A DNA stretch of 64,000 bases, taken from the NCBI RefSeq assembly GCF_018350175.1, contig NC_058368.1, positions 91,204,001 through 91,268,000 of the forward strand, written 5' to 3'. A program made the translations under genes and the position numbers. This document shows, piece after piece, positions 13,851-28,068 of the stretch; positions within the stretch are counted from its first letter, which is position 1, and every line of letters begins with the position of its first letter. The stretch is from Felis catus. Its lineage: Eukaryota. Below the pieces are notes generated by a model that saw only the letters and a list, made by a program, of their open reading frames with translations, was not told the DNA's origin and ran no database searches.

Positions 13851-14959
13851 TCTTGCTGTCCCTTTTGACATGAACATTTTCTCCCATCTCCCTCAATTTG
13901 CCCAGCCCTGCCTCCACCCCTACCCCACGACCAAATCCTATTCAGGCTCAGCTTCCACATTACTTCCTGGGCATGGCCTTCTTCAACCCCTTTATCACTG
14001 GTGCAGGCACAGCAAAGCACTGTCCTGCTTTATTGTGAGTTTTCATTTACTTTTGGCTTCCCCCGCTGGACTGTTCGCTCCGAGCAGCTATGGACAATTT
14101 CTACATCTCTCTTGTCTTCCTGGCATGTCTTCTAGAACACAGCCCATGTACCCAACCCCTATTATACGTTGCTTAGCCAACACCTGCTTGTCTTCAGCTG
14201 CTCACCCCCAGGCACATACACGGTTCCCGTAGAAACAGTCATTCTGGACAAGATGACCCTGTCCCCTCTGATCACAAAGAGCGCCTTCCTTAGAAACTGT
14301 TGGCTGAGAAGCCAAGAGAGCTGGTGTGCACTGAGAAAGAGTTACACAGAAGCCCTGAGAAGAAAGCCAAGGGTCCCAGAGAAAGGACTTTTTGATTATT
14401 GTAGACCCTACCTCCATAGCCTAATAAGTCCAGTCGTTTCCTTGCATGTGGAGAAATACTTGGGAGAAATCCCAGTATCCTTCCAGTACAGGCCTGCTTT
14501 TGCTTAAGGTAGTCTGACTTCAGTTTTCATTACCTGTACCCAGAGCTTTGCACACCTGTTAGATTGAACCCATGAACCAACTTGTCAGGGACCACTGTGT
14601 ACTTTTTCATCACTGTCATAATAAGATAATACCCAGCACATTTTACATTACTAATACAGGTCTACTGAATGACAACCAAATTAAGGCAGCCTATAAATAC
14701 GAAATAAATTGTGTGACACCAACAATGCATTTGAGGAAAGGGTCAGGGAAGGGAATTATCACAGTGGATTGGCACTACAGAGATAGGCTTCAAGAAAAAA
14801 GTGGTACCAGAGATGGGGTGCTAAGGGACAGGTCAAACCGGAAGGAGCAGGGTGAACAGCCAGTGAGCTATGATGGGACTGAACACAGCACCTTCAACCA
14901 GCTGCTCAACTCTTCCAGTGTTTTCTGCCAAGGATTCCAGCTCCGGACAGGCTTAAACA

Positions 14960-15130
14960 TGTGAGGTAATTAGAATGATTTTACCAAAGTCAACAGATTT
15001 TATGCATTCAAATGAAGGTTATCTCCTTCAAAGTGGTAGAGTCCATATCCTTGTTCCAAGAAGGCTGGCCCTGCTCTAAGTGTTTTCGTAACTTACTGAA
15101 ATTGAAAATGTATCTTTTGAATGACTTCAT
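14960..15130. mobile_element. Probable old Mariner-type DNA transposon fragment (MARNA-like)
   Basis: gttatctccttcaaagt...ttgttccaa motif recalled from MARNA-like elements. Confidence 0.4.
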
Positions 15131-15249
15131 AAAAAACGTATGTCATTAAAAAAGAAAAGAGTAAGTCCCTTCCCCGAGAAAGTGTTCTAATTTCTCTCTT
15201 CACTCAACTCCTGTGTTAGGTACTACCTTTAAAACCACTTTGGACCCCA

Positions 15250-15447
15250 GGGAGCCTGGGTGGCTCAGCGGGTTAAGTGTCTGACTCTTGGTTTTGGCTC
15301 ACGTGATGATTTCACAGTTTGTGGGTTCGAGCCCCACATCTGGCTCTGCACTGACAGTGTGGCACCTATTTGGGATTTCTCTCCCTCTCTCTCTGCTCCT
15401 CCCTGGCTTGCTCTCTCTCAAAAAATAAATAAACATAAAAAAAAAAA
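15250..15447 (+). mobile_element. Can-SINE
   Basis: TSD aaaacc..tttggaccc. Confidence 0.88.
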
Positions 15448-15709
15448 CCCATTTGGACCCCTACTCTTCCTTGCTAGTGGAAAGAGTGCAGATTACAGGG
15501 TGTCTCATTAATGTGAACTTGAACAAGTGACTTAGCTCCCTCACCCATTTGGATGAGCCCAACATGGGGGCCAGGGAAAAAAGGGCAACAGGGTCAGGCC
15601 TCCATCTGAGACTGGATTAAGAGAAAAGGTCCTGGTCAGGGTAAAAAAAACAAACCAACAACAAAAAACAAGCCCATACTCTTCAAACCTCTACATTAAA
15701 AACTTTTAA

Positions 15710-15932
15710 GGGGTGCCTGGGTGGCTCAGTCGGTTGAGCGTCCGACTTCAGCTCAGGTCATGATCTCACAGTTCGTGAGTTGGAGCCCCACGTCGGGCTC
15801 TGTGCTGACAGCTCAGAGCCTGGAGCCTGCTTGGGATTCTGTGTCTCCCTCTCTCTCTGCCCCTTCCCTGCTCATGCTCTGTCTCTCTCTGTCTCAAAAA
15901 TAAATAAACATTTAAAAAAAATTAAAAAAAAA
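15710..15932 (+). mobile_element. Can-SINE
   Basis: TSD aaaaacttttaa. Confidence 0.9.
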
Positions 15933-15981
15933 ACTTTTAAGGCAATTCAGGAGGGGAACCCCAGAGCAACTCCCCACTCAC

Positions 15982-16014
15982 CTGGACCATGGTTGGCAGG
16001 CGCCTGACAGCCAT
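15982..16014 (-). CDS. ZNF454: ZNF454 first coding segment (MAVRRLPTMVQ)
   Basis: ggaATGG start, 33 nt to CAG|gtgagt donor, phase 0 matches the KRAB-A exon; recalled human N-terminus MAVSHLPTMVQ. Confidence 0.88.
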
Positions 16015-16636
16015 TCCTTCTCTGATAAGCCCTTTTAGGGACTGGCAGAGTGGGACTTAAGCGAGAAATTTCTACACACCTGTTATGAGGAAAACTGGGT
16101 TAAAAGAGATCACACCGCAGTCCTGAGTGAGGCTGGGAGCATTCACATCCTAGGAATTCTGTTACCCTGAAGCAGTAGATTCTTAGTCTCTATTAGCTCC
16201 CAATTCTCTCCTTCTGAGGATACTTCTGCTGGCCTCTGCTGCAAAGGGAATCCCTTCCCATGCAGCCATTACCCGCCCCGACGCCTTCCGTCAGCATCTG
16301 GATCAAATCCTCCACATTTTCCCTCCCGTATCTTAAATACATTGGCTGTTCCCTGCAGAAAGCACCCGTCACCCTCCAGATTTCAATCTTTCTATCCACC
16401 CTCTGGCCTTCGCCCTGAGAGGTCTCAACAGAAGTTTCTCTCCTGCCCGGAAGGTTGCCTAATCCTGGGAGGGGAGTGAAGGATTGCCGCAAAAGGCAAG
16501 GTAAGAAGGCTGGATCTCCATTGTCAAGGCCTCTCAGGCTAAGTCCTTCTCTCTGACCTCGGGCCTCTCCCCTTCAGGGACCCAGTCTGGGTGACAAAGA
16601 GCCAAAGGTGGGCGAGAAGCAGTGTATTTGTGTGGC

Positions 16637-16658
16637 GGGGGGGGGGGGGGGGGGGGGG
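16637..16658 (+). repeat. Poly-G run (22 nt)
   Basis: Read directly. Confidence 0.9.
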
Positions 16659-16949
16659 TAGGCGGCTAGGAATCTCTTTCATACAACCCACCCTCCGGCT
16701 CCCAAAGAGCCGCTGCTGCTGCGGCTGCCCCGGCCTCGGAGAGTTCGCAGACAGGGCTCCGAAACACCCTGGGGACATCCACCCCTGCAGGTAGAATGGG
16801 CTTCCTGGAGTCGGTTCCGAGACCCACGCAGAGGCCCTAACTGCATCCTCCTGTACATGCACTTGCAGACTCGGACTCTAAAACCAAGAGCCCACACCTG
16901 GCCATCCTCCCTTTTCCTCTTAGGATCAAACCTCAGCCGTACGTCCCGG

Positions 16950-17900
16950 TAAGTTTAGGGCATCAGATCGGCGTCCTCCAGAAGGGACTACGACCCGTAC
17001 CTACTCGGCCTTCCCTCCGCCCTTTCCCCCCGGCCCCGAACACCGCCATCTCCCTCCCCCCACCCGCTCCCAGCCGCGCCCGCTCTCCGACGCCGCTTTG
17101 GCCACCGTGCCTGGTCACCACCGGATTGCCCTTTGAAGAGCCACTGCCCGTGGCGAGAAACCGCAACCGCCACATCGCAGGCGGAACACAATGAGCTGGA
17201 GTTGGCAGCCCGGGTCGGAACTGCGCTTGCGCGTTGCCCGGGGAGCTGCGGAGCCGAACACCCGCAAGTCAGAGGGCTGCTACCTTCTGGCTTCCCAGAC
17301 TCCACTTCCCAGAGGGCGAAGCGGCGGCCAGCGCAGAAAGTGATATTGCGCGCTTGCGCAGACACGGCCTCGCCCTTCAACACCACGACTGGCAGCTTTC
17401 AGTGCTGAAACTACATTTCCCAGGGGCCACGGCGGGGGCGTCACGGTTCCTTAGCGCAGCTATTCCCTGTGCGCTACCCTGCTCGTGCGACTTTGGTTCT
17501 GTTCTAGTCAGCGTCCGCTTCAGCTCTGAACGCGCTGGAACGTAAAGACAGCGAGAAGTTGACGACGGGCTAAAGTAGGTCGGTCGCGGGGAGAGGGTCG
17601 GGGACGGTCCCCAAGGATGGAGTAGGAGGTGAGGAGCCGCAAAGTCGCCCTCCTGGAGGAGGACCGCGCGGAGATGACTTGAAGAGGCGGCGGGACTGCG
17701 TCCCGGGGACCGGGCCGGGGCGCGGTAGGGGCGGCAGGCGGGATGCGGGGCCGGCTGCCTTGGACGGTGGCTGGGACCCGGGCGGTAGCGCGGGAGAAAC
17801 GCCGAGGAGGTAGAGCCGACCTGGGTGTCAGCGACTCGTCGGGGAAGGAAGGAGCCAGAGGCCGAGGAGACGGTGTCGGACGCCGGGGTGGGGGTTATGT
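16950..17900. promoter_or_regulatory. CpG-island promoter and non-coding exon 1 region of ZNF454, probably bidirectional
   Basis: CpG-dense; YY1-like CCGCCATCT 17043-17051; NRF1-like TGCGCTTGCGC 17222-17232 and 17348-17360; ZNF143/SBS-like ACTACATTTCCCAG 17410-17423 and ACTCCACTTCCCAG 17299-17312. Confidence 0.85.
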
Positions 17901-18169
17901 CTGTGGGGGCGGGCAGGGATGAGGTGATGGATAGAAAATCCCATTGCAGATATTTCGTTGCCTTTGAATACGCTTTTCCACCGAGCTCGGGATGGAAAGA
18001 GGAGGTTTTAACGTTGTCGGTGGTGAATTAAACGGCGCCAAAAATGTGACCTGGGGTTTGTCATTTGGGAAACTGTCGGCCACCTCTTAGGAAGCAGTGT
18101 CAGTGACTTGTGTGACACCACAGGATCTTGTTTGGGGCTTTATGGAAGGTTCCATCCTCTTGACACTTC

Positions 18170-18780
18170 TGGAGCACTTGTGCGTCAGGCACTGTTCTAG
18201 GGGCTGGGGAAAGAGCAGCGAAAGCCTGCACTTAACGCAGGTTGGAGTCGAGAGGAAGTAGTCAATAAAACATAGAAAAATACTTACTAGGTAGTGACGA
18301 CGCAGTGAACCTGTGACAGTGGGACGGGGACTGGGATTATTTTAAGTAGTGTCTTGGGAAATTCTCTTTGAGGAAGTAACATTTGAGCAGAGATGTGAAT
18401 ACCGCGAGAGAGGAAACCATGTGACTATCTGGGGAAGAGCCGTCCAAGGGGGAGGGGACAGCGATGTCCAGAGACAGAAGTGTGCTTGGTGGGCCTGAGG
18501 CTTTGCAAGGCTAACGGGACTGGAGAGGGCGTAGAGTGAACAAGGGAGAGTTGGAGAGGTAGTTTGAAGGGTACTAGAGACCTTGAAGTCCATCCAAGAC
18601 CTTTGGATTTGTTCTATGTGTGATGGGAAGCCACTGAAGGAGTCTGTACAAGAGTGATGTGGCTGAGCACATTTTGAAAGAATCTCTGGTCAGCTGTAGG
18701 GAGAAGAGACTGTGGTGAGGCTAGAACGCAAATACAGGGAAACTAGTTAGGAGGCTGTTACAACCGACCCAGGGAGGGAC
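18170..18780 (-). mobile_element. L2 3' fragment
   Basis: caggcactgttctagggg, gaggaagtaacatttgagcaga and gatgggaagccactgaagg motifs. Confidence 0.7.
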
Positions 18781-18899
18781 AGCCTCCCACAGTTATATAA
18801 CCTTTCTACAAGGCATTTGTTTTGAGTCTAGTGATTCTAAGATAATTTTCTCGATGCCATGCTAAGGAGTCTGAATGTTATTTTGTTTTCAGGTATATG

Positions 18900-19080
18900 A
18901 GGATGATAATAATAGATTTATTGAGAACTATGTTCTCAATATGTTGGGCACTTTACATCAGTATCTAATGTAATCCAAAGCTATGGAGTTTGCACTACTA
19001 GCAAATAAGTGAAGCATGGAGATGTTAAGTGTCTTGCCCAAGCTCTCATGCCCAGTAAGTGGAACCGGGAGTCCTGCCCC
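18900..19080 (-). mobile_element. MIR
   Basis: gttaagtgtcttgcccaag core. Confidence 0.6.
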
Positions 19081-19789
19081 TGATGATAGAGGAGAGGACC
19101 AAAGGCTGTCCTCCTTACTGGCTGCCCAGCATGACTGAGGGCCTAAGACTTCCAAAACTCCTGAAAAAGTAGCGAGACCTCCATTTGGCTGACCCATTTC
19201 TCCAGCTGCTTCCTCTAAAAGTTAACATTTTACCACGTTTTGAACTAGTGCATCCATCTTAGGTTTCAATACACTTCATTTTTCCTCTCCCCCTTGTCCC
19301 GTGCCTCCTTCTGACCCTTTGTTTTGCTGCTGTCTTTATCATTTTCATCTATTTTCTACTCATCTCTTCTCTGCCTCCTTTAGAAAAAGAAATAAGTGAA
19401 GGGAAAAGGAGGAAACTATGTGTAAGGGACAAATATTAAAGATCTGAGTTTCAGAGGATACAGGTTAGTGTTGCAGTCCCCCTTTGTCTTTGTTCTAAGA
19501 GTTAGACTGTAGAGGTCACATAGCCCAAAGAGACTGAACTGCCCAAGGATTCAGCATCCATAGTGAACCTCCTCCATTGTCACCCACAAACATCTTCTGC
19601 ACCCATCATTTCTTGATTCCCACCTCTCCCAGTGAAACGTTTCCTTCCTTTTGAAAAAGGTTGAAAAACATTTCTATAGCTTCTACCTCTGCCCCAATCT
19701 TGTTTTCCCACTTTGAGCTGCCCATCCCCTCCTTTCTGCACCTTTGACTCTCCCATACCTCTTCTTTTCAGTGATCATGTAAACCCACT

Positions 19790-20232
19790 CTTGGCAGACT
19801 GTTCATTGGCTAAATCAACACTTTTCTCCAATCTCCTTTTCTTTGCCTACCTCCACTTTGGAGGCTGGAAGAGTATTTTCTCAGCCTCCTTTGCGACTGG
19901 CCTCCATATAACACAGCTGTGGTCAATGAAATGTAAGCCGAAGTCTGCTGAGGGGCTTCTGGGAAAACCTGACAAAAGGCACAGATGTTGCTGGTGCTTC
20001 CCATACCCTTTCTTCCTGCCTTGAATGCAGATGTTTTACTTGAAGCAGAACAGCCATCATATAACCCTGATGGAAAAGCCATGAAACTCAAGGCATTGAA
20101 TTAATTTTGTCTTTGAAACAATGCCAGCCTACTTCCAGATTTGTTATGTGAGGAAAAAAAATCCCTGTTTGCTTGTAAAGATTGTTAACTGGGCTTTCTA
20201 GTATTTGTAGCCAAAAAGCTCTTCTGATAGAT
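19790..20232 (+). mobile_element. MaLR LTR (MLT1-like)
   Basis: ctcagcctcctttgc...ggtcaatgaaatgtaag...ttgttatgtgag...tatttgtagcc motifs. Confidence 0.65.
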
Positions 20233-21905
20233 ATACTCTCTCAACCCAATCTCCCTCTAGTTATCTTTCTAAATGTCTTTCTCAGTCAAGATACTAAGTC
20301 CCTTTCACTCTCCAGCCTACTAATATTTAACAGGTTATCAATAACCAAAGCCAAAGGTCGTTTTCTATTTTTATCTTACTTTAACCCCCCAAAGCATTTG
20401 AAAATATTAACTATTCTTACCCTACACAAAATTCTTTTACTTCTGTGCCACCATCTTCTAATTTTTCCTTCTGTTTTTCATTTTTCTTTTGGCTGTTGTT
20501 TCCTCTTAGCTCCTACTGGTTCTACTTCCTCCACTTACCCTGTTTGATGACTGTATGCTCAGAGTATCCTTCATCACCACCCTGCTAGTTATTTTAGTCT
20601 GTCAGGATCTTCACTTGGATACCTACAGATTGTTTAAAATCCCCCAGACTGAACTTATCACTGACCCACAGAATCAGTCAACTTTATGTGTTCTTAATTA
20701 TGGCACTACATCCACCCAAATAAATTCAAGTTCCTACATTCCATCAATTACCACATTATCCAGATTCTGCCTCCTTATTGCTTGAATTCTTCCTTTCCTC
20801 TCCTCCACTGCCAATTTCTTAGTTTAGCCCTTGAAAAGCAAAGAACATACCTTCCCCAGTCTGATTTTCTGATCATGTCTATCACATATCTAGCACTTAT
20901 TGTGTATGAAATAAATGAAATTGTCCTAACTGCTGTCATCACTGTAGATCTATAAAACCTATGACTGTTCTGAATATGTTTTGAGTTGTAAAGATTTCAT
21001 TACTATGTCAAATTTTCATGTCTATTAGTGTTTAGCATCCTTTCCTTTCCAATTTGATAGACTATGATACAAAGATATGTATTTGAATCCTATGTACTTA
21101 GAGACTATATTTAAGTTACACTGTTTTGTAATTAGCTTATTTAACAGTAGTTTAATGACTTAATTGAGAACTCAAAATAGCATGCTATGGCATTAAGATC
21201 TGTACAGTTATTTCATCACCCAGTAGCAATCAACCTATGTTTTAGGGAGAAAATAACAGTGGGGAGTGGGGGTGGGGAAATGGAGGGATAATAATAGCAT
21301 TTGGTAGAGGTAGAGACTTTTGACTCAAAACATCCAGGGAAACCAGATTGCAGATTAGGAGCATCTAGATAACATATATAACATGGTAAAAGGTCAAGGA
21401 TTTCCCAATATTGGTTATATTTATAGCATTTTAGAACTAATCAGGATTCTGGAGACCTTCTAAATTCAAAATCCCTCATTTACCAAATAAGGACACCATG
21501 ACCTGGTGAAAGTAGGTGACTTGTCCAAGTTAGTGGCAGATGAGGACTACATACCAGGTCTTTGAGCTGTCCAGTTAAGCACTCTCACATTTTCTCTCCA
21601 GTGTGAAGTCTCTGATGTCCAAAAGAGATCTGCAGTATGACACAATAGAACTTATCTTCAACACAAATCCTCGTTTAGAACATGAGCTATTTAAACCTTC
21701 TGATGTATAGGAGGAAGTTTTACTTTCTGAATTAAGATTTTTCTATTTTATATGATTTTTCCTGCAGTGGTCTGTATTATCTGATATAGTAATTTATACT
21801 TCAACTGAAAGATTCCTACAGTCATTACATTTATGAGGTTTCTATGTTACATGACTATTATCACTGAACAGTTAATCCTAGTGAAGGGTCCAGTGAAAAC
21901 TTAAC

Positions 21906-23426
<1,521 letters not shown>

Positions 23427-25420
23427 CTAAAAACTGTATAAGGTGGGAATAAGAGAATGAAACTGTGAATAACTATAGGGCACATGTGAGAGCTTTCAAA
23501 GATGTCCCTACAACTGGGAAGAAAAACATAGGGAAGGAACAGTGAACCAGTCCATAAATAACAGGAGAACGAGAGGAGGTGGTAAGCACAGAAAAGAGTG
23601 AGCCTATGTATACAGCAGGGATGGACACTGAAATCACTGACCACTGGACAAGGCTGAATAATGAAGATGCAATGAAGGGAAGTATACAGACAAGCTGGGA
23701 TTGGGGGGGGGGGGGGTGCGGGAAGCAGATCAGAAAGCCCTGCCACATTGTACCTGGTATTTCCACCAGCAGTTTCTTCTCTCCTGAAATGCTGTTTCTA
23801 GTTCTGACGCTAAATCTTTGTATAACATCACAGTGTGACACAGCAAAAGATTATTGGCTCTGGAGTCAGACATACTTGGGTTTAAAGCCTAGCTATTAAC
23901 TTACCATTTTAACTAGTTATTTGATTCTCTGGGTTTCAGTTTTCACAGATAAAAAATAAAAATAATATGATGAGGATTAAGTAAGATAATGCACATAAAC
24001 TACCCTTAGGGAATATGCTTGTTTGGAACATAAAATACCACAACCTACTTGAAATTAAAGGGAGAATGACACAACGTAAGGGTTATCCCCCACTCCCACC
24101 AACTTTCAACAGGCTATAAGTTTCTCATTCTCTTTAGGTAAGAGGGGCTGAAAGGGCTCTACCCTTTCCTAAATATCCATTCCTTAAAGATGTGAACTGG
24201 TGTCAGGGAAAGGCAAAGTAGGATCTGTTGAGCTGCTTGAGATCAGGCTAAAAGGAAGGACCTTGTGGCCACTAAGACTTTATTTTCTCAGAACCCACTT
24301 CTTATCCTAGACAAAATGGCCTGGGACAATGAGAGCAGAGGACAGGAAACTACAAACTGAGAATCAGTTGTCAGCTTGACCAAAATTACCAGAACCAAGA
24401 TCAATACTGAATCAACAAACCAAAGGCCTGTGGGCAGGAGAATTTACTATGAAGCCTGAGGTATGCACTAACTGGACCTCCTCCTTATAACCTCACCTGC
24501 TTACACACACAAAAAAGAAAAAAAGTGGAAAGCCACACAGGCTCTACTTCTAAAACACACACACCACCAAGTAACCCCAGAAAGGACTTATCTGAGTGTG
24601 AAATACCAACAGGCAACACATGAACTGCCTCCTACCCCACTTCACTATCCTATCCTATCCAGCTGTCCAACTAAAGCTCTTTGAGAACAAAGTGCTACCC
24701 AATAAACAACATAAAGGGCAAAGGAGGATCCATTCACACTTTTAGACAAATACAAACTCCAGACAGAACTGCCCTCAAAGATAAATGATACAGAAAACAT
24801 ACCAAATTTGGAAACTATGTAGAGGTTCAAAGGCATCAAAAGAAAGAAAACAGGAAAAACAGTGACATACTGGGAGGAGATCTTTGCAACACCTGGCCCA
24901 TACAGTACTAGGACCTAGATTTATAAAACATAACACTAAGCCTGCCACAAAAATGGGGAAGAGACTTGAATAGGCACTTAAGAAAAGGAAACCATAATGG
25001 TGAGTAAACTAGCAAAGATACCCAATCTCAACAGTAACCAGGGGAAGGCTGATTAAATGCCAGTGAGATATGATTACCACATACACCTGAGTAACAAAAT
25101 GAAAAAATACAGACTGATATCTTCAGATTTTAGCAATGTGCTGTAATGGGAACTTTCACATGCCACTGGTGGGAATGCAGTTTGGTTCAGATGTTTGAAA
25201 AAGTTTAGCACTACCTAGTAACTTAGAACAGGTACAAAGACTATGATTTAGCAAACCCACTAGTAGGTACATACACTTAATCTACCTTGCAAAGGTATAT
25301 CACAATTCGTAAGTTTTAAGGTAACATTGTACACAATAGCAAAAATGGAAACAACCCAAATGCCCACCAACAACAGAATAACTAAACTGTCAAACACATA
25401 TAACAGTAGAAATCAGGGAA

Positions 25421-26011
25421 TGTTAAGGATTTCATGTTTGTGTCTCCTCAGAATTCATGTGTTGAAGCCTAATCCCCAGTGAGATAATACTAAGAGGGCC
25501 TTTGGAAGTCATTAAGTCATGAGGGGAAAGCCCTTATAAGAAGTGACACACACGGGGCGCCTGGGTGGCTCAGTCGGCTAAGCATCCAACTTCAGCTCAG
25601 GTCATGATCTCACAGTTTGTGAGTTCAGGCCCCACATCGGGCTCAGTGCTGACAGCTCATAGCCTGGAACCTGTTTCAGATTCTGTGTTTCTCTCTCTCT
25701 GCCCCTCCCCTGCTCACACTCTGTGTCTCACTCTGTCTCTCAAAAAATGAATAAATGTTAAAAAGAAAATTAAAAAAAAAAAAAAAAAGTGACACACACA
25801 ACAGAGCCTGCCTCCTCTATCTCTGCTCTCTATCACAGGAGGATGCAGTGAGAAGGCAGCTGTCCATGAGCCAGGAGGAGGGCCCTCACTGGAAACCCAA
25901 TCACACTGGCCCCTTGATCTCAGACTCCCAGCCTCTAGGAACTATGAGAAACACTTGGTGTTTAAGACACCAAGTCTATGGTATTCTGTTATAGCAGCCC
26001 CAACTACGACA
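25421..26011 (+). mobile_element. MaLR LTR (MLT1A-like) interrupted by a Can-SINE (25554-25788, TSD aagtgacacaca)
   Basis: aattcatgtgttgaagcctaatcccc ... ggtattctgttatagcagcc. Confidence 0.8.
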
Positions 26012-26365
26012 GTGAACATTAACAATAAGATATGTACATATAACAAAAAGATTGAATGAATAATTTATCTATACACATATATAGTAAGAGTCCAATTAAG
26101 TAAATGTGAAAAACAGACTAAACTGTATCATTTAGAGATTCCTTTATTGATGGCAGTACTGTAAAGAAAAGCAAGGAAAGGGAATTATCACCAAAGTGAG
26201 AACAGTAGTTATGTTCTGGGTGGAGGTAGGAGGATATAAATGGAGAGGTTCACACAAAGCATTCCTAAGATACTAGCAATGTTACAAATCTGGGTTCTAG
26301 TGTCTGGGTGTTTGCTTTCCTTATTATTCATTCATCTTTATTGTTATGAACTATAGAGAGAAGCA

Positions 26366-26560
26366 ACATGGCATAATGGTTAAGACAACTTTGGAGCCAG
26401 ACTACCTGGCTCCATTAGCTGTGTGACCATGTGCAGGTTATTTTTAACCTATCTGTGCTCCTGTTTCCTCATCAGTTAAATAGCACCTATTGCATAGTGT
26501 GGATGTAAGAACAAAAATTAGTTAACATTTACAAAGGGATTAGAAGCATATGTAGGTTTT
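26366..26560 (+). mobile_element. MIR
   Basis: ggcataatggttaaga...tagctgtgtgacc...gtttcctcatc. Confidence 0.75.
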
Positions 26561-26802
26561 TGCTAAATAGTACATGCATTTTACATGTTCTGTATGACAT
26601 TTCTAAAAACAAATGAGAACAACAAAATATTTGCGGTTTTGGAAAATAATAATTTTAAGTTGAAACACCATTATGTACTGCAGAAAACTTAACAGTAAGA
26701 TTCAGTATTTTTTCATGGGGTTTGGAGATCTAAAGTTAATTCTGGAGATTTGCTGTAGAAAAAAAATGGACTACCAACAATTTTTTAAAAACTGGCTTAA
26801 GA

Positions 26803-27010
26803 GGGGAGCTTGGGTGGCTCAGTTGGTTAAGTGTCAAGCTTCCGCTCAGGTCATGATCTAACAGTTCATGAGTTCGAGCCCTGTATCAGGCTCTGCACTG
26901 AGAGCTCAGAGCCTAGAGCCTGCTTCGTTCGGATTCTGTGTCTCCCCGCCTTTTTGCCCTTCCCCCACTTGTGCTCTCTCTCAAAAATAAATAAATATTT
27001 TAAAATAACA
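26803..27010 (+). mobile_element. Can-SINE
   Basis: SINEC consensus. Confidence 0.85.
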
Positions 27011-27438
27011 AATAGATAAATAACTGGCCTAAGAGTTCTCTCCAAGAACATAGGATGCCAGAAGACAGTGAAGCCATGTTTACAAGGGACTGAGGAAAGA
27101 CTGATGTGACTCAAGAATTCCACATGGCTAGTACTCTATACATGTGTAGAGAAAACCAAAACATTCTTAAATATGAAAGATGTAGTAATTACAGTACTCC
27201 TAAACCATTTCTGAAATACTACTTAAATATTCAGTTTGAACAAAGGATTTATCCAAGGAGTTCCAGAATGTTCACTATTAGGAATCTGTTAATATATTAA
27301 TAGGTCATGGGAAAAAGGACATGTGACCAACCTGATGGATGCTTCAAAAGTAATTGATAATGTCCAACATCCAATCCCGATTCAAAACCAAAATTATAAG
27401 TAATGTACCCAAGCATACACATAAAACACTACAATTCA

Positions 27439-27661
27439 GGGGCGCCTGGGTGGTTCAGTTGGTTAGGCATCCAACTTCAGGTCAGGTCATGATCTCACGG
27501 CTCTTGAGTTCAAGCCCCACATCAGGCTCTATGCTGACAGCTCAGAGCCTGGAGCCTGCTTCGGATTCTGTGTCTCCCTCTCTCTCTGCTCCTCCTCGGC
27601 TCATGCTGTGTCTCTGTCTCTCAAAAATAAACATTAAAAAAAAAAAAAACAAAAAAAAAAA
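27439..27661 (+). mobile_element. Can-SINE
   Basis: TSD actacaattca. Confidence 0.88.
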
Positions 27662-27891
27662 CCTACTACAATTCATACTAACAACACCATCAAGGAAAGG
27701 ATGATTACTATTTAATATTGTTCCCAAAGTGTGACCAATACATTAGGCAACTTGGGAGGAACTTTTTATTTTTCCCAGATCTCACAACTGTCTCCCTGGA
27801 AACAAAATTGTTAGGGTAGCTTTACTCAGAATTAGTGAAACGTTGAGGGGTTGGGACTGGAGCATTAAGGATCAAAAACTGTCGCTTTTCC

Positions 27892-28068
27892 AGGGCACCT
27901 GGGTGTCTCAGTCGGTTGAGCGAGCGACTCTTGACTTCAGCTCTGGTCATGATCTCAGTTTGTGAGTTCAAGCCACACATCGGGCTCTGTGCTAACAGTG
28001 TGGAGTCTGTTTGGAATTCTCTCTATCTCTAAAAGAAATGAATAAACTAAAAAAAACAAACAAACAAA
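27892..28068 (+). mobile_element. Can-SINE
   Basis: SINEC consensus. Confidence 0.85.
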
